64,000 nt of DNA. Source: a virus. The DNA is taken from the IMG/VR virus record IMGVR_UViG_3300022908_000001, positions 1 to 64,000 of that record. One strand, 5' to 3'. Shown here piece after piece: positions 1 to 9,351 of this stretch. Within the stretch, counting starts at the first letter, position 1. Each line of letters opens with the position of its first letter. The notes beneath the pieces were generated by a model. That model saw only the letters and a list, made by a program, of their open reading frames with translations, was not told the origin of the DNA and searched no databases. A program made the translations under genes and the position numbers.

Positions 1-261
1 CAATCCTGTTATGGTTGCCGGACTGCCTGCGCCATAGGTATTGTAAAGGTCATTAGCTTTTGGGTTTAATACCCCGACAAACTCTTGGTTTGCGGCGAAA
101 TGCTTGGAACCAGAAAGTGTATTCGCTTTGGTTATTGTGGCGCATGGGTTGATTATGGGGCATCCAGCGTGACTGTCACTTCCGGCGTTATTGAAGTAGT
201 AATCTTGCCCAAACACCATCAGCGGCGCAAGCAGGAATAGAGTCAGGGCGATTTGTTTCAC
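1..261 (-). CDS. Partial signal-peptide-bearing protein, probable right-handed beta-helix (depolymerase/spike-like); runs off the window edge
   Basis: Not in the ORF track. Manual translation from GTG at 261 gives MKQIALTLFLLAPLMVFG|QDYYFNNAGSDSHAGCPIINPCATITKAN, open to position 1. The YYxxxxGSDxxxGxxxxPxxTIxKA pattern is typical of beta-helix N-termini. TATCTTTA promoter-like site at 267-274. Confidence 0.65.
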   Translation of the reverse strand, partial: MKQIALTLFLLAPLMVFGQDYYFNNAGSDSHAGCPIINPCATITKANTLSGSKHFAANQEFVGVLNPKANDLYNTYGAGSPATITGL

Positions 262-305
262 GTAGGTAAAGATAGAAAATATTTTGAAATGTAATATATG
301 GTTCG

Positions 306-313
306 TATGTTTG
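306..313 (+). promoter_or_regulatory. Bacteroidota sigma-A -7 element (TAnnTTTG) for the GHKL gene
   Basis: TATGTTTG about 40 nt upstream of ATG 352. Confidence 0.55.
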
Positions 314-351
314 GGTGTTCATAATAGTTTGAACAGTAAAAGCTTGCAAAA

Positions 352-1629
352 ATGAAATACCTGAAAATTCAAAATCAGGGTGAATTAGACATTCGCCTTG
401 TCGCCCTGATGGGTGGGACAACAAAAATTGACAACCCTCACAAAATCGGTCAATTTGGAACTGGACTCAAATACGCTATTAGCTGGTTAGTCCGAAATGA
501 AAACAAATTCAAATTATTTATTGGTGAAAATGAAGTAGTCTTTGAAAGCAGAGATGAAACTATCGCCGACAATTCATTTAAGGAAATTTACTGCAATGGT
601 AAATCGATGAGTATCACAACTCGCTATGGCTACCAATGGAAAGCATGGGAAGCTATAAGAGAATTGTGGTGCAATGCTAAAGACGAGGGTAGTGAACTAA
701 GGGAAGAAAGCGAAATAGCGGTTGGAGAACCCGAAACGACCACGTTTTTTATTGAAATTACGGAAGAAATACAAACATTAATTGACACATGGGATACCTA
801 TTTCTTAGCCGATCAGCCCTTGTTCGAGAATGGAAACTTCGGCATTTATAATAATCCTGAAAAACATCTAAAAATTTATAAAAATCGTGTTCTTATTCAC
901 ATAGATACTTATTATAAATCTAAATTCATTTATGATTTTAAAGAAGCCAACCTGAATGAATTAAGGCAGTTTATGGGATATGCCAAAAGTGATATAGCTA
1001 CAGCATTACTCCAATCGAATAAAGATGTTATCGATTTGGTGCTAACCGATTTTAAAAATCAAAACCAGAATGATAGGGTTGAATTTACGCTTGACTTCGG
1101 ATATACCAAATATGATGAGGATTACGTAAAATCCATATTTGAGGGCTATCTGTTTTTACATCCTGAAAGTGATAGGCGCAGTGGAAGCAAAAGTATACAG
1201 GTAAATAAATCTCTGTTTGAATTATTACAAAAAATCGGACTGCCAACTGAAACGGTTTATTCAGAGCGCGGACGTTATTACGGCGGTAGTGGGTATGGAA
1301 TTGACGATGATAGCGAAGTTATCTATTCTGAAATAAGCGATAACCAACTTCAAAAACGTATAGATATTATATCTGCAAAATATGATATTGAAATGGATTA
1401 TTCTATAGTGACACCCAAGGACAGTGATTTTGAAATTCTGATCAATAACAACGGCGAAATAATGTTTAGCTATGATTTGAAAAATCAATCCGATGCCGAC
1501 TTAGAAGCAATTGTATTGATAGCTATCTTTCAAACAAAACAAGGAAACATCTTTAAAGCCTTGAAAAGATTGATTAAATTTGCTCGGTCTAATAAGGCGT
1601 TTAAGAAAATATTTTTTGGCGAGATATAA
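352..1629 (+). CDS. GHKL (HATPase_c-like) ATP-binding protein, circularly permuted motif order; moron
   Basis: IQNQG and IGQFGTGLKYA near the N-terminus; N-box-like AIRELWCNAKDEG near residue 100. Lies opposite to the flanking genes with its own promoter and terminator. Confidence 0.75.
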   Translation: MKYLKIQNQGELDIRLVALMGGTTKIDNPHKIGQFGTGLKYAISWLVRNENKFKLFIGENEVVFESRDETIADNSFKEIYCNGKSMSITTRYGYQWKAWEAIRELWCNAKDEGSELREESEIAVGEPETTTFFIEITEEIQTLIDTWDTYFLADQPLFENGNFGIYNNPEKHLKIYKNRVLIHIDTYYKSKFIYDFKEANLNELRQFMGYAKSDIATALLQSNKDVIDLVLTDFKNQNQNDRVEFTLDFGYTKYDEDYVKSIFEGYLFLHPESDRRSGSKSIQVNKSLFELLQKIGLPTETVYSERGRYYGGSGYGIDDDSEVIYSEISDNQLQKRIDIISAKYDIEMDYSIVTPKDSDFEILINNNGEIMFSYDLKNQSDADLEAIVLIAIFQTKQGNIFKALKRLIKFARSNKAFKKIFFGEI

Positions 1630-1663
1630 GCCGTAGTGTTCCGCAAGCTCATTGCGGTTTTTT

Positions 1664-1696
1664 AGCTCACCCGACTTCGGTTAGGTGGGCTTTATT
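1664..1696. terminator. Intrinsic terminator hairpin between convergent genes
   Basis: AGCTCACCCGAC-TTCG-GTTAGGTGGGCT followed by TTATT. Confidence 0.7.
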
Positions 1697-1996
1697 TCAC
1701 TTCCCCCACTTAATAAACCTATACAGCCTCCACATAACGAACACCATAGGCACGTTGCAGATGATACGAACCCACAAGGCGGATGAGTTTTGAAAGTATC
1801 CTAAGTCCCAAATCAGATAGTATGCCCCTGCAAAACCGTAGACCCAAGCCTTAGTAAGAAATAGTTCCATTATAAGCGACCTTAGTTTACCCTTATCGGT
1901 CGCCCTGTAAAACTCATACCAGATGCATAATGAGAAGATGAATATTCCCCAAAACATTATTTGCGATATAAGCATTTCAATATGCACGGGTGTCAT
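1697..1996 (-). CDS. Small three-TM membrane protein (holin-like cluster)
   Basis: 99 aa, three hydrophobic segments, ATGA overlap with the upstream gene. Confidence 0.6.
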   Translation of the reverse strand: MTPVHIEMLISQIMFWGIFIFSLCIWYEFYRATDKGKLRSLIMELFLTKAWVYGFAGAYYLIWDLGYFQNSSALWVRIICNVPMVFVMWRLYRFIKWGK

Positions 1997-2250
1997 TTTC
2001 GGCTTTTTAGTATCGTTGTTAATTCGGTTAAGGCTTGTGTAGCGTTGTTGGTTACTTTATTGCTTGATTCAAATTGGTTTTCGATGGTTTTACGGAAGTC
2101 GTCACGTTCAATTCTGTGCAGTCTCTCCAGTTCTTCTCTTTCCTCTTTATGCTCTTTCAGCATATCCTTTATGAACTTTACGCACCAACCGATGGCTGCT
2201 ATGCCGATTGCTGCGATAACTCCGGGGATGCCGTACTTTTCTAAATCCAT
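1993..2250 (-). CDS. Putative holin-like protein (one TM plus charged coiled coil, BhlA-like layout)
   Basis: YGIPGVIAAIGIAAIGW followed by a charged helical tail. Confidence 0.55.
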   Translation of the reverse strand: MDLEKYGIPGVIAAIGIAAIGWCVKFIKDMLKEHKEEREELERLHRIERDDFRKTIENQFESSNKVTNNATQALTELTTILKSRK

Positions 2251-2745
2251 TCACTTGCTATTCGATAAAGATAATGATTTTTTCTTTTCCCGTTGCCTTT
2301 TCCATTTTGCTTGCATTTTATCTATATTTCTATAATACCACTCCCGTTGATAAGCTAATTCCAATTCGTGGCAAGACTCACACCTGCACCCAAGCCTATA
2401 TGCATTGCGAGATGGATGGATATACTGGCCTATTCGACCCTTGTTTTGAGCATCTGAATGATTATCCTTGTGACTTCCCTTGAACAAGTGCAACGGGGAC
2501 ACGCATTTAGGATTGTCGCAAGTGTGGCATACCAGTTCCATTTTACTATTTAATTCGCCAATAAATAATACATAGCTTAATCTATGCGCGTACCAATTTT
2601 CTGTTTTCCCATTGCGAATAAATGATATTTGCCCGTAACCTTGTTTATTAGACGCCCCTGTCCATTCCAAGCAACCATTTTCACTATTATATTTTACAAA
2701 TCTTGTAAATCTTTCAAGAGGTGAAACTCTTTTTATACCACCCAT
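2251..2745 (-). CDS. HNH homing endonuclease (copy 1)
   Basis: GCLEWTG, AHRLSY, VCHTCDNPKCVSPLHLFKGSHKDNHSD; C-terminal GCRCESC zinc motif. Confidence 0.9.
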   Translation of the reverse strand: MGGIKRVSPLERFTRFVKYNSENGCLEWTGASNKQGYGQISFIRNGKTENWYAHRLSYVLFIGELNSKMELVCHTCDNPKCVSPLHLFKGSHKDNHSDAQNKGRIGQYIHPSRNAYRLGCRCESCHELELAYQREWYYRNIDKMQAKWKRQREKKKSLSLSNSK

Positions 2746-2845
2746 AAACTTAAAAATCCTGTTCCGGGTTCAGCCGATTGCGCCAGCCTCACCCAAAACA
2801 GGATTGAAATATCTTTAACTACGGAGCGCAATTCCGATTTGTTAA
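2746..2845 (-). ncRNA. Structured leader RNA upstream of HNH copy 1 (two hairpins, kissing loop)
   Basis: Hairpin CGGA-AUUGCGC-UCCG. 15-bp stem AAUCCUGUUUUGGGU/ACCCGGAACAGGAUU with GCGCAAU at its apex. Homologous to 18257-18355. Confidence 0.7.
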
Positions 2846-2860
2846 TACGAATATACGAAA

Positions 2861-3127
2861 TCATTTCTTATTCTGCAATCCCCAAATCGCCTTACTCAAA
2901 TCCTCTATACGCTCACCAAGAGTAGTAATGGTTGGGTTCATTTCGTCATGCACGATTTTTCTCAATTCTGCATCCCTGGCATCTGAAAAGTATTTGAATA
3001 CCTTATCGATTCCTTTCCATAAAAGCCCGAATACCATCGCCCACGGAGTAATATCCTCTATGAATTTAAGAAACGGCGCCCAAGTATTTGTTTCGGGTGG
3101 TGTCATTATTTCAATCTTTGTATCCAT
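2861..3127 (-). CDS. Single-TM coiled-coil protein (holin/antiholin-like)
   Basis: Hydrophobic ITPWAMVFGLLW segment followed by an amphipathic helix. Confidence 0.5.
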   Translation of the reverse strand: MDTKIEIMTPPETNTWAPFLKFIEDITPWAMVFGLLWKGIDKVFKYFSDARDAELRKIVHDEMNPTITTLGERIEDLSKAIWGLQNKK

Positions 3128-3473
3128 GTCTATAAATACTTGAACCTATCATAATCGTAACGGCCATGACCGCACCATTGAATGAATAAAATATAGGATC
3201 ACAATCCCGTAAAATAGTATGGTGCGTTAAAATAATAATTACATAATTAATTAACAAGCAAATAAAACATATTAAATTAAACTGCTTGTGCATAAAGCTA
3301 ACGAACCCGCACTTTAAATCCAGCAATGCGAATAATAACATACCAAACGTGATATAGTTATAAAATAGTTTTGAATTTTTGATAGGTATAAAGTCGAGTT
3401 CGTACATATATAAGTTGAACAATGCTACATAAGTAATTAGCACGCCAATGGTAATATAAACCCTTATCTTCAC
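3111..3473 (-). CDS. Four-TM membrane protein
   Basis: ORF 3111..3527. The more likely start is GTG 3473, in a GTGA overlap with the upstream small ORF. Four hydrophobic segments. Confidence 0.6.
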   Translation of the reverse strand: MKIRVYITIGVLITYVALFNLYMYELDFIPIKNSKLFYNYITFGMLLFALLDLKCGFVSFMHKQFNLICFICLLINYVIIILTHHTILRDCDPIFYSFNGAVMAVTIMIGSSIYRHGYKD

Positions 3474-3595
3474 CCACCCACGTTTTTTACGCACATAGAC
3501 CCGTTCCAGTAATAGCCATTGGGACATACAGGCGGATCACCCGCTGGTTTAACAATTGGTTCTTTCGGTTTATTTGTTGTAGTTTTCTTTGCCAT
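3470..3595 (-). CDS. 41-aa Lys/Pro-rich peptide with a Cys pair
   Basis: Manual translation MAKKTTTNKPKEPIVKPAGDPPVCPNGYYWNGSMCVKNVGG*. AT-rich leader; stop coupled to the next start. Confidence 0.6.
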   Translation of the reverse strand: MAKKTTTNKPKEPIVKPAGDPPVCPNGYYWNGSMCVKNVGG

Positions 3596-3616
3596 AATAT
3601 ATAAAGTTTAAATTGT

Positions 3617-4093
3617 TTAAAACGCCACTTCCCTGCCGCTTACAACACTCATAGTTGCTGTACCAGAGGAGACTAATTTATAATAATAATTTGGTGGAAC
3701 AGCGCCAAGCATCTGAACGGTTTGACTATTTAAGGTATTTAAGCCTATTGTCAATGTTCCGGTGTTCCCATTTACCGCCGTGCATACCGTACTCCAAACC
3801 GAGTTATCCGGTGATGTTTGCAGTACGATAGTTCCGGTTTGACCTCCGGTAAGCGATAATGAAGCATTGATGGTAGTCGAGAAATTGACGATATTCCATC
3901 TCGCTGGTATAGTTGCCTGATATGACGTGTTCAATACGCGTGAACTGACATCTGTAATGGTTATGGGACTATAATCCGGCTTATCAAGCGCCTTGAACCC
4001 TAAAAAGGTTAATATAACACCGCACAGAAATACGATCAGCATGTTCTTCATGCTGTCAATTGTTGCTTTATGCTCCTGTATAGTTGCTTCCAT
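3617..4093 (-). CDS. Beta-rich virion/fibre-associated protein with N-terminal signal/TM segment
   Basis: MKNMLIVFLCGVILTFLGFKA followed by a Thr/Ser-rich beta domain; directly downstream of the tail fibre. Confidence 0.5.
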   Translation of the reverse strand: MEATIQEHKATIDSMKNMLIVFLCGVILTFLGFKALDKPDYSPITITDVSSRVLNTSYQATIPARWNIVNFSTTINASLSLTGGQTGTIVLQTSPDNSVWSTVCTAVNGNTGTLTIGLNTLNSQTVQMLGAVPPNYYYKLVSSGTATMSVVSGREVAF

Positions 4094-4096
4094 AAT

Positions 4097-7000
4097 TTAT
4101 TCTCGTAAAAATTGAGTTCCGTCCGGCATGAGTGTTACTGCACTTCCCGGGGTTATTGTTATACTTGCCACAGCCGATGTGTCGTATATTTGATTGCCAC
4201 TTGCACTATTAAGGGTTATATTTCCGCTACCTGCATTTTTGATCGTGATTTGATACGCCCTGCCCGTAGCTGAACCCGATGGTGCGGGTAAAGTCCATGT
4301 GGTTGTCGTGCCATTAAACTCATAATCATTACTTGCGGCTAGCGTCAGTGTTCCGGCGGCTGATATCGTTATACCCGGATTAAGCAATGTACTTGCCGCT
4401 ACAGTGATATTCCCACTCGCATAAGTTAACCCAACACCTGTTCCAGCAACCAGCTTAGTCATCCTAACCGCGTGTGTAGTCGGGTTAAAAGCCATTAAAC
4501 TGTCGTTACTCGAAGCGGCTACAAACTGGCTGATACGGGCACGCCCAATCACGGAGAATTTGTATGCAGTTGAGTCGGATTGCGTACCACCTGATTGAAC
4601 CAATAGGTTGCCGGTGCTGAATAGGGTGGCGTTGGTTTGCCCATTCGTTTGCAGACTTATAGCAGTTGCGCCGGGGGTCTTTATAGTAAGCGCCGACGAG
4701 CTGGATGAGGACAAAATATTACTAAAGGTATTCTGCCAAGTCAATGCAGATGTTCCGTTTGATACAGCATTAGTAGTTAGCGGAACAACGTTACCACCAA
4801 ATCCATTAGTACCAGCCAATGAGTATAACGCGTAATTAGCTGTTGCCCCTGTTGGCGCGGCATCGATATATAAAGAAGCCGCGTTAGTCACGGTTGATCC
4901 GCCGGTAACCGTAATTGCAGGTGCTTTTATAGCTACGTTAGAAAGCATAGCACTTGTTCCTGAACTCGCTGTGGTTACCGCAGAGGAGGCGAATATATTT
5001 CCAGCGTATGAATTACTGGCGCCTAATGCCTGTGACGATTGATTGCCACCAAAGGCGTTTCTATACATTACCGTACCCGCACCGGCAAAAGTATACAACG
5101 CATTAGATGAACCTGCGCCTATATTTGATGAATACGAAACAAAGTTAGAGGTGGCTACCGTTCCAAATCCAAGCGTTGTACTTGAAGTGTTACCACCTAA
5201 AATCGTTCCGTTTGATGTAACCGTACTTGATAGCAACGCTCCAAGATTGCTTACCTGAAAACCGGTAGCCGTTGGCGTGGCGCCCGCAATGGATTGGTAT
5301 AAGATGTAATTCGCTCCCGGAGTCGTGGTTCCTTGTATTGGTGTTAACCCGAAACCCATACCGATTGTGGACGCGGATACGGGTGTAGTCAGCCAAGCGG
5401 AGCCGGTATTCAGCGTAATGGGTGAGTTCTTTTGCGCACCTACTGTAGCTACATCGCTACCGGCGAAATTTGAGCCTACCACCAGTGTTGAGCCAATGCC
5501 TGATATGTTGGCATTGACTGATGTAGTAAATGTCTTAGCGCCACCTATAGATGCCTGCGTGGTGGTTAGGTCAACGAAAGGCTGCGTACCTGAACCTGTA
5601 CCTCCGTTGGCTATGGGGAGTACGCCTGTAACTCCGGTGGTCAACGGCAACCCTGTTAGGTTAGTTGCCACACCAGAGGATGGTGTACCAAGAGCTGGCG
5701 TTACGAATGTCGGGGATGTTGCAAACACAGCGCTGCCAGACCCGGTTTCGTCACTGATCGTTGAGGCTAATTGCGCAGATGTGGTTGAGGCGAATTGAGA
5801 AAGAGGATTCGCTACTTTGCCCAATAATCCCTCAAAAGTTGCAGATATGTCGATCTGCGGTGTAGTTCCCCCTGTCGAAGTTATACGGTTGGTTGTGCCT
5901 GTTACGGCGGCGACTGTTCCCCCGCCGCCACTCCCTGAATTGCCAATAACGCGCAAAACCGTTCCGTCATAATACTGATACTTGGCGGAGTCGGTATTAA
6001 ATACTAAAGTTCCCTGAATTAAATAATTCTGGACTAATGCGGTTGATCCAGTTCCATCCCCTGTAACGGTCGCTGTTTGCGGAGTTAAGTACCCTGTACC
6101 GGCATTTGTTACCGTCCAACTCCTTATTTGTCCGCCAACTATTACGGGAGTAGCCGTAAAGCCGCTTCCAGTCGAGCCACTTAAGGATATGCTTGCAGTT
6201 GTATAGCCGCTGCCTTGATTTACGACATTGATAGACGAAATCTTCTCCATAGCCACAACTTGCGCAGTGGTCATTCGGGGCGGTATAAAGCCCTTAGTAA
6301 GGCTATTTATGGTTAACTTACCGGACGGAACTGTTGCGTAGGTATCGGGGGTTACAAAGTCGGCATCGTTCTGCAATAATGCCTGTCCATCATAGTTTAT
6401 GCCAAACATTTTAACCTGAGCACCGTCAGTTCCATTAGCCTCATACACCGAAGTGCTGCCTCTACTTTTCTGATTAAATATCTGCTGTTCAGAAGCGGAT
6501 GTCAGTGGTACGATGCCTGATTGGTATCCTGACCCATCGTCAAAATAAAATTTATTCCCAAGACCTGTTATTTTCACACTGCCATCAGAAACGATATTCC
6601 CAGCAGCATCCAGCGCCATATTTCTATGACTATTATTCATAAAGGTCATAGCCGCACCAGCGCCACCATTCATAAAGAATGTCATACCTCCGCTTATATC
6701 CATTGGTTGAACATAATTGTAGATGCCAAACCCTGTATTGGGTGTGTATATGCCCGTTATTCTCGCCCCCTCGCTTAACGAAAAGTCGTTTGACTGAACT
6801 GTATAACCCGGTGGAGTAGTCCACCCCGGTTGATAAAGCGTACCATTAAGGTAAAAGTTTCCCGCCGTGCCAATATCTTTAGGTAATTGAGCAATTCTGC
6901 CGACCGTGTCTCCCGCCGTAATACCCATTAACATTGGGTTAACTGTGGCGCCTAATGGTATATTAGGCAGTTTTGGTAACCTCAATGTAGTCAGATCGGT

Positions 7001-8770
7001 CAACCCTGCTACCGCCAAAGGCTGTCCTTTTTGAGTAACATTCGGATAAACTTTATTGTATATCAGCCGTGCGAGAAGCGTATTTCCCACGTTATTCAGA
7101 TGCTGCCCATCTGATAGTAATGAATTTGAGCCATCGTATTTAACTAAACCGTAAAGATTTATATCAATACATCCCAATACGGCTGCTATGGAGTCAACTG
7201 CGTGACTGAACTGTGCCTGCCGTGATAAGTACTGTGGCAATGTCAGTGAACCCGGCGGAATTGTTGAAGGATTAAAGGCGACATTGGTTAAAATAATTTG
7301 GTTGTATGCCCATCCTTTTGAGTTTGCATTATTAAGAACGGTCACCCAGTCCAACGCGAATTGATGCTCAAAATATGAACTTGTCGCTGTGTTGATGTCG
7401 TTTTGGCCCAAGCAGAAAAGTAAATACCTGTCGCTACCGCCCTTTGTTGGTATTCGTGACAGGTTGTTTACCCATGCTGTGCCACCCCCTGCACCTAAAT
7501 CCGTTCCCGACATGCCTATATTGACCTCGGTTGATCCGAATAAAGCGGCTGTCTGTGTGGAGAAAGCCAGTGAACTTGGATTTGCGCCCGGTGCAGGATT
7601 AACAAAGCTATCTCCGGCAAATACCATGTTGCCGCCAATGGCTACGGTTGGTTGTACGCCGCCTAAGTATAAAGAGTCGGCTTGTAACTTGTGTCCGGCG
7701 TTTGAAACATACCTATCCCCCTGCAACGGTGCGGAAGTATTATAAATATTAACACTGCTCACCCCAGCTATTTTTTTAACCGTTCCTAAATGGCTCACCA
7801 AGATACTATCTGTCCCGCTTCCCGTAGGCAAATTAGGAAAGACCACACCAGCATTAACCAATAATCCCTTATTTGTGTGCACGTTCCCAACGACCAGTGA
7901 ATAGTCATTATTCAGGTTATCTGTCGTTACCTTGTTGCCAAAGTAATGGGTGCCGTACCAGCCTTTATTTCCCGGTATACTGTATTGCGTGGTGTTGGTT
8001 GTAACAAAATTGGTTATAGGCGGGTTGGGTATAGTCGTTACGGATGTAGGCGTGATGAGCACCGAGCCGACATCTACAGTTCCGGCAGGTATGGCAGGCT
8101 GAACCGGTGCAAGACTAAGCGTGCCCGATACTACGTGCAGCGTATTGGATGCGTCTGCATAAACCTCGTCATACCGTGAAAGCGTGGCGTCCTGCGCGTC
8201 AATACCCAGCGTGGTAGTCCCCGTGGTGTGGTATAGGACATCATGTATGCGCCAAACACCTGCTGTAATGAATACAGATGGTTCTGTTGCGGACATATTC
8301 AGACCGGAAATTACTGTGTTTTGTAGGTATTGGGAGGTATCCCGCCACATGTGCCCGGTATCATCCCGCACGACTACTTGCCCGTGCCCTATATTGCCTA
8401 TGTTAACTGTAAGGGGTATCGATTGAGTCCCGAAGCCAGTTAGCGTGGTCGTGTCAACGTATAGGGAGTCTGCGCCTCCACCAGAACCCGCTTTTCTCCA
8501 TTGCCCCCGTAGATAGAAATAAAATGCACTGTCAACCGTTCCGATACCAATAGCGCCGTCTTGGGGAGTGCTGTTATTGAAGGTCGGGGTAGTGAATATC
8601 GGAATAATTTGGGTAAGCGTAGTTTGCGTATTTGCGTATTTGAACGTCTGCCTGTTATAGGTAGGCGAACTTGGAGACGAAGCAACAGGATTCTGTTGAG
8701 TTACGATGGCATTCTGCGCACTCACCCAAAACGGGAGCAATAAGAGTAGGTATAGTAGGGTTTTTCTCAT
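4097..8770 (-). CDS. Tail fibre/spike with SGNH (GDSL) esterase domain and N-terminal signal peptide
   Basis: 1557 aa, Gly/Thr/Ser-rich. SGNH blocks FAGDSF, LGQNDI and SDGQHLN; VVNQGSGYT/VTNAGTGY repeats; starts MRKTLLYLLLLLPFWVSAQ. Confidence 0.8.
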   Translation of the reverse strand: MRKTLLYLLLLLPFWVSAQNAIVTQQNPVASSPSSPTYNRQTFKYANTQTTLTQIIPIFTTPTFNNSTPQDGAIGIGTVDSAFYFYLRGQWRKAGSGGGADSLYVDTTTLTGFGTQSIPLTVNIGNIGHGQVVVRDDTGHMWRDTSQYLQNTVISGLNMSATEPSVFITAGVWRIHDVLYHTTGTTTLGIDAQDATLSRYDEVYADASNTLHVVSGTLSLAPVQPAIPAGTVDVGSVLITPTSVTTIPNPPITNFVTTNTTQYSIPGNKGWYGTHYFGNKVTTDNLNNDYSLVVGNVHTNKGLLVNAGVVFPNLPTGSGTDSILVSHLGTVKKIAGVSSVNIYNTSAPLQGDRYVSNAGHKLQADSLYLGGVQPTVAIGGNMVFAGDSFVNPAPGANPSSLAFSTQTAALFGSTEVNIGMSGTDLGAGGGTAWVNNLSRIPTKGGSDRYLLFCLGQNDINTATSSYFEHQFALDWVTVLNNANSKGWAYNQIILTNVAFNPSTIPPGSLTLPQYLSRQAQFSHAVDSIAAVLGCIDINLYGLVKYDGSNSLLSDGQHLNNVGNTLLARLIYNKVYPNVTQKGQPLAVAGLTDLTTLRLPKLPNIPLGATVNPMLMGITAGDTVGRIAQLPKDIGTAGNFYLNGTLYQPGWTTPPGYTVQSNDFSLSEGARITGIYTPNTGFGIYNYVQPMDISGGMTFFMNGGAGAAMTFMNNSHRNMALDAAGNIVSDGSVKITGLGNKFYFDDGSGYQSGIVPLTSASEQQIFNQKSRGSTSVYEANGTDGAQVKMFGINYDGQALLQNDADFVTPDTYATVPSGKLTINSLTKGFIPPRMTTAQVVAMEKISSINVVNQGSGYTTASISLSGSTGSGFTATPVIVGGQIRSWTVTNAGTGYLTPQTATVTGDGTGSTALVQNYLIQGTLVFNTDSAKYQYYDGTVLRVIGNSGSGGGGTVAAVTGTTNRITSTGGTTPQIDISATFEGLLGKVANPLSQFASTTSAQLASTISDETGSGSAVFATSPTFVTPALGTPSSGVATNLTGLPLTTGVTGVLPIANGGTGSGTQPFVDLTTTQASIGGAKTFTTSVNANISGIGSTLVVGSNFAGSDVATVGAQKNSPITLNTGSAWLTTPVSASTIGMGFGLTPIQGTTTPGANYILYQSIAGATPTATGFQVSNLGALLSSTVTSNGTILGGNTSSTTLGFGTVATSNFVSYSSNIGAGSSNALYTFAGAGTVMYRNAFGGNQSSQALGASNSYAGNIFASSAVTTASSGTSAMLSNVAIKAPAITVTGGSTVTNAASLYIDAAPTGATANYALYSLAGTNGFGGNVVPLTTNAVSNGTSALTWQNTFSNILSSSSSSALTIKTPGATAISLQTNGQTNATLFSTGNLLVQSGGTQSDSTAYKFSVIGRARISQFVAASSNDSLMAFNPTTHAVRMTKLVAGTGVGLTYASGNITVAASTLLNPGITISAAGTLTLAASNDYEFNGTTTTWTLPAPSGSATGRAYQITIKNAGSGNITLNSASGNQIYDTSAVASITITPGSAVTLMPDGTQFLRE

Positions 8771-9351
8771 GATTCTGTTGCGTAACTATACACGGTAATT
8801 AACTGCCCATCTACCACACTTGGTAAATTCCCACCCGGCAGAAGTACAAAACCTCCCGTAGGTAATAGCGAATAATCTGAACCGACTTCTAGCCCTGTTA
8901 GCATTGGGCTTGTGAGCGCCATAAAGGGATTAAAACCTTTCCATAGCGGATTATCGTACTCAATGCGATTAACACCGCCGTCAGGCGAACCGGTAGTAAC
9001 GAAATCCCCCCAAGTTAGCACTACAGGCTGCGGCACACTCGGCGTATTAATAATCTCAATTGTATTACCCGGAACCTGTGCGTTGGGATCAAATGCTATA
9101 CCGCCAAACCAAGTCGAGCCAATGTCCAATAACTGATTGTAAATGTCAACACTCGCGGCGGATGAGTAGTCAGCCATACCCAATGACCATAATCCTGATT
9201 TTATCTTTAAATCCTGACAGGCAGCCAAATTCCAATCAGGCGAACATCCCAACGCTTCTTGGTTACGCAACATCAATACAAGTGCTGCGTTAGCCCTGTC
9301 AGCCGTAAAAACAGCCGTAGTATATTGAGCCTGTGTTATTGACACTGGCAA
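8767..9351 (-). CDS. Putative tail hub/fibre-attachment protein
   Basis: Position between ejection proteins and fibre; translationally coupled to neighbours. Confidence 0.45.
   Translation of the reverse strand: MPVSITQAQYTTAVFTADRANAALVLMLRNQEALGCSPDWNLAACQDLKIKSGLWSLGMADYSSAASVDIYNQLLDIGSTWFGGIAFDPNAQVPGNTIEIINTPSVPQPVVLTWGDFVTTGSPDGGVNRIEYDNPLWKGFNPFMALTSPMLTGLEVGSDYSLLPTGGFVLLPGGNLPSVVDGQLITVYSYATES

Noticed and set aside
2746-2845. Hammerhead or HEARO RNA
   Set aside because: Lacks the CUGAnGA/GAAA core and is far shorter than HEARO
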